Virus record (IMG/VR): IMGVR_UViG_3300035670_009001
Reading direction: 5' to 3' (one strand)
DNA length: 64,000 nucleotides
DNA from: an uncultured virus (IMG/VR IMGVR_UViG_3300035670_009001)
Taxonomy: Duplodnaviria > Heunggongvirae > Uroviricota > Caudoviricetes
Numbering within the stretch: the first letter of the stretch is position 1; each line of letters opens with the position of its first letter. The position numbers were made by a program, and so were the translations under genes. Shown here one piece after another: positions 1 through 9,049 of this stretch. The notes under the pieces are model-generated. The model was given only the letters and a program-made list of their open reading frames with translations, made no database searches and was not told the DNA's origin.

Positions 1-39
1 GTATATTATTGCCTTGAAATTCCTCTGAATCCAATTCAT
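1..39 (-). CDS. 5' end of a CDS running off the window (MNWIQRNFKAIIY...)
   Basis: ATG at 39-37 overlaps the TGA of the 36..323 gene (ATGA coupling); frame open to the window edge. Confidence 0.55.
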   Translation of the reverse strand, partial: MNWIQRNFKAIIY

Positions 40-323
40 TTTCTCTGTGTCTTAAGTTTTTTTATCTCTTCTTCGATTTCAGTTTGTCTTCTAACATCAA
101 ATAATTTTCTATCAGTAGCCTGAATCATCCTTTTTTCCGCTTCTAATCCTGAAATTTGTAATTCAATATTTAATTCTTGTTTGGTATATGTTGAGTCTTT
201 GATTGCGGTAATCTCTTGTCTTACTTTGGTTAACTCTCTTGAATCACCACAGGACTTGAATAATGTGAGCAAGGTGATTACCAAAACGATTATAACAAAG
301 TTGTTTTCAATAAATTTTTTCAT
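36..323 (-). CDS. small membrane-anchored coiled-coil protein
   Basis: N-terminal hydrophobic stretch FVIIVLVITLLTLF followed by KSC and a charged helical tail. Confidence 0.6.
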   Translation of the reverse strand: MKKFIENNFVIIVLVITLLTLFKSCGDSRELTKVRQEITAIKDSTYTKQELNIELQISGLEAEKRMIQATDRKLFDVRRQTEIEEEIKKLKTQRK

Positions 324-353
324 AACAATTTTATTTTGATTTATCCTTAAAAT

Positions 354-387
354 ATAAAAGGTGTATTAAATAAATACACCCTTTATT
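354..387 (-). terminator. imperfect hairpin downstream of the sigma factor gene
   Basis: aaaaggtgtatt...aatacacccttt inverted repeat just after the sigma stop codon. Confidence 0.5.
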
Positions 388-392
388 ACATT

Positions 393-1190
393 TTACAAAT
401 AGTCGAATAGAATACCCGTTTCATTTCGTAACTTCCTCAAAGCCTTTTCTTTGATTTGTCTAACCCTTTCTTTGGTCAAATCAAAGTCAGTTCCGATGTC
501 CTCAAGAGTTCTCGTTGAACCCGATAACCCAAAATAATCTTCAATAATAACCTTTTCTCTCTCGTCCAAAACATTCAACATATTCAACAGTTTTTCCTTC
601 AAAGTATCTTCTGTAGATAAATTTTTGTCCGCCAAGTCAGCATTTGGGTTAGATAAAATATCCAATAATGTATCACCTTCTTCATTAAGTGGATTGTCCA
701 AGTTAATGGTATAAGGTAGATTCACCATCTTTTCAGGTAATTCAACACCAGCCTTTTCAAGTTCTTTCTTAGCCTTGTGTAGTTCTTGAACTACATTGAC
801 TGGAAGACGAATGGTTCTTGCATTCTCATTCAAAGATTGCAAGATGGATTGTCTAACCCACCATACCGCATAAGAAATGAATCTTAGTCTTTTGGTCCAA
901 TCAAAGTTTTCAATCGCTTTCATCAATCCAAGATTACCTTCAGCAATCAAGTCACACAAATCCAAACCCTGATTTTGATATTGTTTCGACACCGTGATGA
1001 CAAAACGCAAGTTGCCTTCCAATAATTCTTTTTGGATTTCCTTCTTTTCTTCTTCAGTAATAAACCCTGATAACATTCTTTCTGCGAGTTCACGCTCCCT
1101 CTCGGGAGTCATAACCCTGATCTTTCTAATGTCTTTTAGATAATGACTTATCTCTTCTTGGTTAATTGGAATTGAAGATTTCTCTTTCAT
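393..1190 (-). CDS. phage-encoded sigma-70 family (RpoD/SigA-like) RNA polymerase sigma factor
   Basis: region 1.2 YLKDIRK, region 2 NLRFVITV..DLIAEGNLGL..RFISYAVWWVRQSI, region 4 TLEDIG..LTKERVRQIKEKALRKLR. Confidence 0.95.
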   Translation of the reverse strand: MKEKSSIPINQEEISHYLKDIRKIRVMTPERERELAERMLSGFITEEEKKEIQKELLEGNLRFVITVSKQYQNQGLDLCDLIAEGNLGLMKAIENFDWTKRLRFISYAVWWVRQSILQSLNENARTIRLPVNVVQELHKAKKELEKAGVELPEKMVNLPYTINLDNPLNEEGDTLLDILSNPNADLADKNLSTEDTLKEKLLNMLNVLDEREKVIIEDYFGLSGSTRTLEDIGTDFDLTKERVRQIKEKALRKLRNETGILFDYL

Positions 1191-1191
1191 A

Positions 1192-1764
1192 TTAGTTATT
1201 ACTGTAGTTTTGAAGTAGAGTTAATTCGTGTTTAGTAAGTGAGTCCATTCCTAAGACATTAATCTTATCCAAGATGGAATCCAAAGTTGTTTTAGTTGCT
1301 GGAGTGCCCATCCATTGTGAAATCTTAGACTTAATTTCTGAATGTAATTCGTTTGGAAGAATCATTTCATTTGAAAAACTGATGTCGATATCATCCTCAT
1401 CATAGTCATCATACAAATCAGTATTCTCAACAACACCTTTCATGTCGATTGAATAGTCATTATTCTGACCAGGATTATCTAAATCAAATAAATGTCCAGA
1501 TTTTTCGTAAGGGACATGAACTGACACTTTGTCAGATACTTCTGTCAAAATTAGTATTTCACTATCAACATGGATAAGTCTAGTGATATATTCAAAGATT
1601 TCGTCTTTGGGAACATCTGTTGCGAAGTACATCATTATAATTCCTCCTCCGAACTGATACTTCATGTTTGGTGAATCCACCAATGGTGCGACTGACATTA
1701 CCAGTTGATTACAACTTTCGTCTGTAATAAAATTTCCAATGACTGTGGCTAAGTAGTTTTTCAT
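1192..1764 (-). CDS. hypothetical protein with a C-terminal LDxILDKI..G..SLT..E motif (DUF6576-like)
   Basis: C-terminal TLDSILDKINVLGMDSLTKHE; acidic linker. Confidence 0.55.
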   Translation of the reverse strand: MKNYLATVIGNFITDESCNQLVMSVAPLVDSPNMKYQFGGGIIMMYFATDVPKDEIFEYITRLIHVDSEILILTEVSDKVSVHVPYEKSGHLFDLDNPGQNNDYSIDMKGVVENTDLYDDYDEDDIDISFSNEMILPNELHSEIKSKISQWMGTPATKTTLDSILDKINVLGMDSLTKHELTLLQNYSNN

Positions 1765-1780
1765 ATTTTATGTTTAATTT

Positions 1781-2281
1781 TTACAAAGATACTGATTTAA
1801 TATTACTTACAAAATAAACTCTTCCTTTAGTTCCCGAATGTTGCTCGTACCACTTACCCTCTTTATCTTGCCAAACATATGGATTGGTTGGGTCGACTTG
1901 CCATCTATACTGTGAATAGAAATCAAAATCTTTCTTCAATAGATTGGATTTGTGTGAGTCATGGAACTTTATATCTCCCCACCAATCAGGATAGGTTACT
2001 GGTTCATCAATATCCTCCTTATCCATAGTGTTCCTGAACCCACGACTAACCCACTCATCAATACTTGCGTTCAAGTACACTTTCAAAAGTGGGACGTGAT
2101 TCCTCCACATAACAGAGCATGGATGGTTTACCCACCCTTTGTAGGGGGTACCATCCAACTTTAATCTGCCAGTGATTGCACTGATAATTTGATAGGTTTC
2201 AACTCGTTGTTTACCGAGTCTCTTGTTGTCAAGGACTCTCATTGATTCAGTAATGTCTGAGTAAGGTAGGAATGTTTGCAT
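1781..2281 (-). CDS. pyrimidine dimer DNA glycosylase / MSMEG_6728-like protein
   Basis: MQTFLPY..LDNKRLGKQRVE, HP...MW, and H.SH.SNLL.KD motifs. Confidence 0.85.
   Translation of the reverse strand: MQTFLPYSDITESMRVLDNKRLGKQRVETYQIISAITGRLKLDGTPYKGWVNHPCSVMWRNHVPLLKVYLNASIDEWVSRGFRNTMDKEDIDEPVTYPDWWGDIKFHDSHKSNLLKKDFDFYSQYRWQVDPTNPYVWQDKEGKWYEQHSGTKGRVYFVSNIKSVSL
1784..1813 (-). promoter_or_regulatory. Bacteroidota-type primary sigma promoter (-33 TTTG, -7 TATCTTTG)
   Basis: caaagata at 1784-1791 and caaa at 1810-1813; 18 nt spacer. Confidence 0.65.
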
Positions 2282-2285
2282 AGAA

Positions 2286-2316
2286 CAAATGTACTAGATA
2301 AATTCGTAATTACAAA
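2286..2316 (-). promoter_or_regulatory. Bacteroidota-type promoter (-7 TACATTTG), probably giving a leaderless mRNA
   Basis: caaatgta at 2286-2293 and caaa at 2313-2316; 19 nt spacer; ATG 4 nt downstream. Confidence 0.75.
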
Positions 2317-2332
2317 AACAATTTTTGTAATT
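2308..2332. repeat. perfect 11-bp inverted repeat (terminator or operator) overlapping the -33 box
   Basis: aattacaaaaa-caa-tttttgtaatt. Confidence 0.6.
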
Positions 2333-2335
2333 GAA

Positions 2336-2809
2336 TTAAGATAACATCAGATCCGACAAACCATTTATTTGAATCTTACAAGCAAGATAACTTTCGTAAT
2401 TCAAATATGTTGGGTTTTGCTTAGCAACTACCGTAACCTTACTATGCTCCTCCTTAGATAGTTTGACAGTTGAACAATACTTTTTCAAAATCGAAATGAA
2501 TTTTTCCACAGTCATATTCTCATCTCTATCCAACTCAGAGAAAATAAATTTCATTGCTTTACTCCTCTGAATGTAGTGATCGTCCACAAGTTGAGTCAAA
2601 GGTAAATCTTTTGCATCCTCAGACATGAGTCCAGTTCTGAAAAATTTACAATTGGTGATATCCCAAACTGGATTCCTGTTTCTAACAAAAAACTGTTTGG
2701 ACTTGGTTTCATCGTCCTTGAGACTTCTGTATCTTGGTAACAACGCTTTGAAGTCCTCCAAAGTTTCCTCGATGTTGGACAACTGATTTTTATTTAATTT
2801 TGCTCTCAT
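2336..2809 (-). CDS. hypothetical protein
   Basis: 157 aa ORF with its own promoter; no confident motif. Confidence 0.6.
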   Translation of the reverse strand: MRAKLNKNQLSNIEETLEDFKALLPRYRSLKDDETKSKQFFVRNRNPVWDITNCKFFRTGLMSEDAKDLPLTQLVDDHYIQRSKAMKFIFSELDRDENMTVEKFISILKKYCSTVKLSKEEHSKVTVVAKQNPTYLNYESYLACKIQINGLSDLMLS

Positions 2810-2813
2810 AAAA

Positions 2814-2843
2814 CAAAGGTATATGAATTATTTGTATTTCAAA
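2814..2843 (-). promoter_or_regulatory. Bacteroidota-type promoter (-7 TACCTTTG)
   Basis: caaaggta at 2814-2821 and caaa at 2840-2843; ATG 4 nt downstream. Confidence 0.75.
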
Positions 2844-2845
2844 AA

Positions 2846-5245
2846 CTATTTCAATAAAAATCCAAGTTCGTAGACCATTGGTCTCATCTTTTCTTCAAGA
2901 ACCTTGTACTTGTCTCTGAACTCTTTGAATTGCTCAGGATAGTATTCTTTCCAAAGTAATTTAAGTTGTGCATAACCTGCGTCCCAACTATTCAAATGGT
3001 TTGTATCGTCAGCAAAGTTTCTTCTCATTCCAAACGACAATCTTACTAAATTGGTTCCACAATCCAAAACATTTTTTGCTTCTTCAGATAATTGGTCATA
3101 GATTCTTTGTTCACCGAACAACAAATTGTAAACGTAACGGTCTGAATCAGTTCTCGCATCGTTATACAACTCGGTGTAGTTGTTGGTATTTGCCAAGTTA
3201 ATCATTTCTTCTTTTGACATCCAAAAGAATTGGTTTTTTATATCCCAAAGTTGGTCCTTATAAGTTATTTGACGAAGACTTGATTGTTCCGATGATCCAT
3301 TGAACAGTGATAAAATTGTCGAATCATTTTGGAAATCTCTCGTGATTACATTCGGACTTAAATATTCATCTTTTTCATTCAACCAATTCGAGGATATTAA
3401 TTTTCTTACCGCAAAATGAACAACAACTTTATTAAAATTTTCTTTTGTGATTGATATACCATTTTTTGCAGAAAACGCAGAGGAAAATAGAGCATTCATA
3501 GTTCCATTCGATTGAGGGATGTTTTGTGATGCAAGTGCGTATCCTAATGAATTTTTTGCTAATCTTCCGTATCCTTTTGGTTTTACTAATAATGCAGATG
3601 AAACCTGAGGTGCGTCATAAGTTTTAATCCCTTTCAAACTGTCTTTTAACCACCGATTTAATGGGAGTTGCTCATCAACATTATAGAAAGTTTTAACTCC
3701 GTTTTCATGAATTTTATAGTTTTTCAATTCCAAAATTGTAAAATCAAAATTTGGTTCTACATCGTTTATTTCACTTCGTTTCCAAATACTGAAAGTCAAA
3801 GGCCAACTTTTTACTCCCTCAAAGTCTTTAGCGTTCATAACAAACCCATAGGAGTACGTAAATTTATTCAAAATTTTTCTCCTAAATTCTTTGTAAACTT
3901 GACCTGTCATGAATGTAGGTTTTGAAAACATACAAATATGAATGTTCTCGAATTCTGATAATCTATAAAAAAATTGAGCATATAATTGGGAAGCACTTCT
4001 ATCAAGTTTATCCTGATTCATTTTCTTATTAATTTCAGTTGTCGCAACCCCTTTTTTACTTTTTCCCTGAGTCATATCTGATGAGGTTGCATAAGGAGGA
4101 TTCATTAAAACAATAATTTGTTTACCACTCTCTATTGCAGTTTTTAGTCCTTGCGGTAAGAAATCGTAATCATCGTTAAGAAAATCGAATTGAAATTTCT
4201 TCTTTGCCTCTGGGTTGTACCCCATCTGTTCTGCAGTTTGTATGTCACTGTAATTCAAAGTGGAAACATAAAGTTCTTTGAACTTATAATCACGTGTCAA
4301 ATTACCGGTACCCCAAGCAGGATCCCAAACCACATATTTTTCCTTCCAATCTCCTCCAAAGACTGATGTAATATATTCATGCGCCTTATCTACCCAAATA
4401 GTCGGTGTAAAGAATTCACCTTGTTTACGACGAGTAACATCCTGAACCAGTCGGTCAACAACCGCAGTTAAATGTTCTCTTTGTTTTGGTGTATATTCAC
4501 GAGAGAAGTGTGAGAAAAACGAAGTAAACGCTTCTCTACTCTTAAGATTTACTTCATTAAATGCTTTAGTAACCACTGTTTTCCTTCGAGTTACAGGATG
4601 AAGATAATTTTCATCAGGGTTTACTAATAATTGGACAAACAAATTTGCCATTTGATTTGTATCCAACTTATGTTTTCCAATAACCTTCTCTTCGAAATGT
4701 TTGAAAACCTCGGTCACATTGTGAGGAGTAATAGGAATCAGTCTTTTTACCCCATCGGTCAGGTCTTTAATTTTATCGACACAATCAGCAATATCTACTA
4801 TACTGAATACGTGTGGATTGATTCTAATATCTTCGATCAATAAAGTGAAAAGTTCAATATTCGTATGAGCATTTGATGGTGCAATATCCCAATTGAAATC
4901 CATACCCAAATAATTAAAGATGTCATTGGTGTGAATTGCAAAGCATTCGTTTCTATCCGCAACCAATATAACTGATGGCAATAACTTACCTGAAAGTTCA
5001 AATTTCTTGATATAGTATATTGCTTGGCATAATACTTTAACTTGGTTAACCTTAGAAGTTAAATCTAAGTCAAATTTGAACTCGCAAAGAAGTCTCACGT
5101 TGTGTTTTTTGGATTCGCCGTACCCATCACACCCAAGAGGTGAGTTGAATTCAATGTCCCCAAATTTTTTGGTCAACAGTTGACGGTAAAAGTGTTCTAC
5201 GTCTTTTTCGTTTAGGAAGGATGTAAGTGTGGAGTTTGTCATCAT
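2846..5245 (-). CDS. amino (N6-adenine) DNA methyltransferase with an N-terminal PD-(D/E)XK-like domain (Type IIG-like restriction-modification fusion)
   Basis: GEFFTP, VWDPAWGTGNL (motif I), NPPY (motif IV); N-terminal E..V..CDG...CEFK nuclease-like pattern. Confidence 0.8.
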   Translation of the reverse strand: MMTNSTLTSFLNEKDVEHFYRQLLTKKFGDIEFNSPLGCDGYGESKKHNVRLLCEFKFDLDLTSKVNQVKVLCQAIYYIKKFELSGKLLPSVILVADRNECFAIHTNDIFNYLGMDFNWDIAPSNAHTNIELFTLLIEDIRINPHVFSIVDIADCVDKIKDLTDGVKRLIPITPHNVTEVFKHFEEKVIGKHKLDTNQMANLFVQLLVNPDENYLHPVTRRKTVVTKAFNEVNLKSREAFTSFFSHFSREYTPKQREHLTAVVDRLVQDVTRRKQGEFFTPTIWVDKAHEYITSVFGGDWKEKYVVWDPAWGTGNLTRDYKFKELYVSTLNYSDIQTAEQMGYNPEAKKKFQFDFLNDDYDFLPQGLKTAIESGKQIIVLMNPPYATSSDMTQGKSKKGVATTEINKKMNQDKLDRSASQLYAQFFYRLSEFENIHICMFSKPTFMTGQVYKEFRRKILNKFTYSYGFVMNAKDFEGVKSWPLTFSIWKRSEINDVEPNFDFTILELKNYKIHENGVKTFYNVDEQLPLNRWLKDSLKGIKTYDAPQVSSALLVKPKGYGRLAKNSLGYALASQNIPQSNGTMNALFSSAFSAKNGISITKENFNKVVVHFAVRKLISSNWLNEKDEYLSPNVITRDFQNDSTILSLFNGSSEQSSLRQITYKDQLWDIKNQFFWMSKEEMINLANTNNYTELYNDARTDSDRYVYNLLFGEQRIYDQLSEEAKNVLDCGTNLVRLSFGMRRNFADDTNHLNSWDAGYAQLKLLWKEYYPEQFKEFRDKYKVLEEKMRPMVYELGFLLK

Positions 5246-5249
5246 GATA

Positions 5250-5279
5250 CAAATATAATTATAATTAAATTACAACAAA
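5250..5279 (-). promoter_or_regulatory. Bacteroidota-type promoter (-7 TATATTTG)
   Basis: caaatata at 5250-5257 and caaa at 5276-5279; ATG 4 nt downstream. Confidence 0.75.
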
Positions 5280-5303
5280 AAAAATCTCACAATTATTGTG
5301 AGA
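5277..5303 (-). terminator. intrinsic terminator at the end of the Rad50/SbcC gene
   Basis: tctcacaa-tta-ttgtgaga hairpin followed on the - strand by T8. Confidence 0.65.
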
Positions 5304-7674
5304 CTTTTGAAATATTATCAACCTTATTTATCCTGACCACGTTGTTGGACCAGTTATTTACAAGTGGATTGTGAGTAATCACAAATATCTTTTCGAAGTA
5401 ATCTCTCATCTTGGTAAAGAATTCCCCAACCATTTCAAGATTATCATTAGATATTTTTCCGAACACTTCGTCCCACACAATTATGTTTGGTTTTGGAAGT
5501 GAACAAACTTTTGATAACACCGCTCTCAATGCCATCGCAGCAATGGTTCTTTCATAACCCGACCCTGATACCATTAGTTTCTCAACACCTGTGGAGTTAT
5601 CAATCATGATAAACTCAACCTCATTCTTGTCATTGATACGAATTTCCAAACTGAAGTACGCTGAGTCCTGAAGTAATCTCTGAAGTTCAGAGTTAATCAA
5701 TGGCATCATTGTCTTCATAATCATTTTGGTGATTCCATTCTTACCATAAATTTCAACGTAGATTTTATAAATCTTCTCACGTTCAAATTCCTCTGCAATC
5801 TTAAGAATGATGTCGTTGTTCTTCTCGATTCTTACCTCCAAAGATTCTATTCGTGTTGAATTTGTGGTCTGAGTTCTTTCATAACCCCGCTTTTCATTGA
5901 TAAGTTCATCAATACGCAAACCAGCCTTAACTAACTGAGCATCAATCTCATTATTTTTCTTAATCTTGTCTTGGACTTCCTCATACCTTCTGAGTTTATC
6001 TTTAATTTGAGTCAATTTGAGTTCAGTGGATTCCAAAGATAATTCATACTTCTCCTTGATAAGTTTGTTTCTTTCATATTCATCAAAATCTTTCTTCAGT
6101 TGAACATAAGATTGTTCTTTCTTTTCGTAGTCAGCGATTTCTTCTTTGAAATCATTCACAAGTCTTTTGAATGAATCGAGTTGTTTGATTTTCTCGTTGG
6201 TCAATTTAGCCTCCATCAATTTGATACCGCAGTGTTCACATTGAATACCGTCACCATATTTTTCAATAAGGTCTTGGATTTCCTCAACTTTGTTCTCACA
6301 AGTAACCAGTTCGGCAAATCTTGATTTGATTACCTCTTTTACATTATCATGTTTATCTTCATGATAAAACTCTTTTGGTTCAACAATTTTGATTTCGTTG
6401 ATTTGTCTTGTGGTTTTATCTTTGGACTCTTCGAGGTCAGAGATTTCTGATTGAAGTTTAATTGGGTTCAGAGTAATCAATTCCTTATCCAAATCCATGA
6501 ATTTAGATTTGAGGAGATTGTCCTTATAATCCTGTCCCTTCTGAAGTCTTGCGTCCACGTCTGAGATGTTTTTGGACATCTCCTTAATCTCATCCTTCAT
6601 TTTTATTATCTCCTCACCAGAGTTAATATTATCCTGTTTCAGAGACTCTGTGTTATAGACATTGGACACCATTCCTTTGGAAAACTCAGAATAAATTTCT
6701 TTACCAGTTTCTTCTTTTTTCTTTAGGAATTCTAACCCAAGGAATCTACTCAAGACCTGTCCTCTTGCAGTTGGTTTCGCCTCCAACAAGTCCTCAAGAT
6801 TGGATGCAGTCGTAACAATAGTCATCAAGAAATCCTCCATACTTCCAATGGACTTCTTCATGAAGTTTTCAGTCTCCCTTCTTTGTTCCCCTGTGAAATT
6901 CTGTAGTTGTCCGTCAGCAAGTTTTTTGAAGAACTCCAATTCAGTTTTGATATTCCATTCACCAGCCTTGGACTTCTTTCTTTCTATTTGACGCAAGATA
7001 ACATAGTCTTCACCATCAATGGTGATATCACCTTGAACACTAACTTTGTTAACATCGGTGAACCTATTGAAGATTTCTTCAGCCTTCTGAGTTTTGGTTG
7101 TTGTATTGAAGAATAAAAACAATAGAAGGTCAACGGTTAATACCGTCTTCCCTCCAAAGTTTGGTGGATCTGATTCAACTACCGTAATCCCATTACACTT
7201 TTCAAAATCAATTACCTGATTCTGTCCGTAGGAAAGGAAATTACTGAATTCAATCTTCTTGATGTACCATCGTTTGAATGGAGTAACCTCAACCTCGTTC
7301 GCCAACATTCGGTTTTCAACCGCAAGGTCGATGTTCATAAGTTGGTCGAAATATTGGTCTTGACCTTTGGATTCCAAATAACTTTTCACCAACTCCTTTT
7401 GATAATTTTTATCCATGATGTTTACTGAAACATCGATTGTCTGCATGGATTCATCATCAGAAGTTTTTACTTTGGTAATTACATTAATGTTTGTTGAAGA
7501 ATACTTTTTCATAAAGTACTGCTTCACCGACTTAATTCGTTCCTGAGTAAAGTTTTCTGGTGTGTCTTCCCAAATTACCTGTATATAAGGATTTTCCAAA
7601 ATAGACGTATCTATATTATTTGGCATATTCGTGTAGTTGTAAGTTGGATATGGATTAAACAAATCCCATTTCAT
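5293..7674 (-). CDS. Rad50/SbcC (T4 gp46-like) recombination ATPase
   Basis: IKKIEFSNFLSYG, Walker A NFGGKT, coiled coil with CEHC zinc hook, signature SGYE, Walker B IVWDE, ITH. Confidence 0.92.
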   Translation of the reverse strand: MKWDLFNPYPTYNYTNMPNNIDTSILENPYIQVIWEDTPENFTQERIKSVKQYFMKKYSSTNINVITKVKTSDDESMQTIDVSVNIMDKNYQKELVKSYLESKGQDQYFDQLMNIDLAVENRMLANEVEVTPFKRWYIKKIEFSNFLSYGQNQVIDFEKCNGITVVESDPPNFGGKTVLTVDLLLFLFFNTTTKTQKAEEIFNRFTDVNKVSVQGDITIDGEDYVILRQIERKKSKAGEWNIKTELEFFKKLADGQLQNFTGEQRRETENFMKKSIGSMEDFLMTIVTTASNLEDLLEAKPTARGQVLSRFLGLEFLKKKEETGKEIYSEFSKGMVSNVYNTESLKQDNINSGEEIIKMKDEIKEMSKNISDVDARLQKGQDYKDNLLKSKFMDLDKELITLNPIKLQSEISDLEESKDKTTRQINEIKIVEPKEFYHEDKHDNVKEVIKSRFAELVTCENKVEEIQDLIEKYGDGIQCEHCGIKLMEAKLTNEKIKQLDSFKRLVNDFKEEIADYEKKEQSYVQLKKDFDEYERNKLIKEKYELSLESTELKLTQIKDKLRRYEEVQDKIKKNNEIDAQLVKAGLRIDELINEKRGYERTQTTNSTRIESLEVRIEKNNDIILKIAEEFEREKIYKIYVEIYGKNGITKMIMKTMMPLINSELQRLLQDSAYFSLEIRINDKNEVEFIMIDNSTGVEKLMVSGSGYERTIAAMALRAVLSKVCSLPKPNIIVWDEVFGKISNDNLEMVGEFFTKMRDYFEKIFVITHNPLVNNWSNNVVRINKVDNISKVSQ

Positions 7675-7677
7675 TTT

Positions 7678-7866
7678 TTATTGTTGTGTTTCAGAAGTCC
7701 CGTTTTGTTCCGACTCTTGTTTTTTCTTGAATTCCTCCATCTGAAGTTTCATTGTTTCATTGAACAACTTCTGTATTGCGGATTGTTGCGTCTGAATAGT
7801 TTTATTCCTATTTTCAACTCTTTTTCTGTGGGCTTTAGCCCCACCCCTTACTTTAGATTTACCCAT
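7678..7866 (-). CDS. small basic hypothetical protein
   Basis: 62 aa ORF filling the gap in a co-oriented operon. Confidence 0.6.
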   Translation of the reverse strand: MGKSKVRGGAKAHRKRVENRNKTIQTQQSAIQKLFNETMKLQMEEFKKKQESEQNGTSETQQ

Positions 7867-7883
7867 TTGTTTTGTTATTTAAT

Positions 7884-8234
7884 TTATTCTGATTTTGGTC
7901 GATTAACTTCAAACCATTCTATAATTGCATTTATTGCCCATACCGCACCTGAGGCAAACATTCCATCAAAAAACCAAGAATACCATATCGATTCCTCAAG
8001 GAATATATTCCAAGGAGAATATACAAAAATTCCAAGAAAGAATCCAACCCAAGTGGATGTACACATCATACATCTTAGCATGTCAGATAAGAATACCCAA
8101 AATCCATTTAAAAAAGATTCTTTATTATCCGCCCATTTGTTTATCGTATTTCTTGGTTTATTGAAAATGCTACCATAGACGAGGATGTTGCTCATACCAT
8201 AAGCCATTATCATCCATATTAATATTTGTACCAT
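7884..8234 (-). CDS. membrane protein, DUF1360-like
   Basis: several hydrophobic segments and CMMCTSTWVG (CxxC..W) motif. Confidence 0.6.
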   Translation of the reverse strand: MVQILIWMIMAYGMSNILVYGSIFNKPRNTINKWADNKESFLNGFWVFLSDMLRCMMCTSTWVGFFLGIFVYSPWNIFLEESIWYSWFFDGMFASGAVWAINAIIEWFEVNRPKSE

Positions 8235-8239
8235 AATTT

Positions 8240-9049
8240 TTATTTATATAATTTATCATCTAAGTTCGAACCTCTCAGGAACATCGCCTTCTTTTCTTCT
8301 TGAAATTTTTGGATATCTTGAATGGTTTGTTCGTACTCTCTAATTTTTTTATCTTTTTCGATATTATCTTGTTTGAGTTTTTGAACTGTGGATTGAAGTG
8401 CCTCCAACTTTGGTTTCAAACTACTGTCACCATCCTGTTCAATAACTATTTCCTTTATCACTTCGACCTCTCGAATAATCTCTTTGACCTCAGGTTCCTT
8501 TGTTTCGAGTTGTTGTATTTTCAACAACAATTCCTTTTTCTCATTGTGGAAAATATTTTCTAATTCTTGTGTTTTGGTGGAAAATATTTGTCTTTGTTCT
8601 TCGAATTCTTGTTCTTTTTGGAAAATTTTTGAGTTTATTTCCTCTTGGTCCGTAACATATACAATCTTCTCCACAGGGACTTCTTTGATAGCCACGATGT
8701 ATTCTATTTCGGCAACCTCTTTAATTACCTCAACAGGTTTTTCAACTTCAACGTATTCTATTTTGACAACCTCTTTAATTACCTCAACAGGTTTTTCAAC
8801 TTCAACGTATTCTATTTTGATAACCTCTTTGATTACTTCAACAGGAATCTCCACCCGTTTTTCAACAATAACCTCTTTTTCCACCTGTTTTTCGCGAATC
8901 CCACCCGTATTTAACAATCCATACCTCTCAATGTTAAATCCTTCAAGGTAAGATTTCTTAATCACCTCACTAATTCTCAAGTCATTCATATTACAATATG
9001 ATATGAGATCTTTGTTTTCAGTGAAAGAAAGGTTTAGTTTATATTCCAT
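8240..9049 (-). CDS. coiled-coil protein with EV/EK-rich repeats
   Basis: repeats of IEYVEVEKPVEVIKEV. Confidence 0.75.
   Translation of the reverse strand: MEYKLNLSFTENKDLISYCNMNDLRISEVIKKSYLEGFNIERYGLLNTGGIREKQVEKEVIVEKRVEIPVEVIKEVIKIEYVEVEKPVEVIKEVVKIEYVEVEKPVEVIKEVAEIEYIVAIKEVPVEKIVYVTDQEEINSKIFQKEQEFEEQRQIFSTKTQELENIFHNEKKELLLKIQQLETKEPEVKEIIREVEVIKEIVIEQDGDSSLKPKLEALQSTVQKLKQDNIEKDKKIREYEQTIQDIQKFQEEKKAMFLRGSNLDDKLYK
8700..8830. repeat. 54-nt tandem repeat (about 2.4 copies), 18-codon unit
   Basis: tattctattt(c/t)g(g/a)caacctctttaattacctcaacaggtttttcaacttcaacg at 8700 and 8754, partial copy at 8808. Confidence 0.9.
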
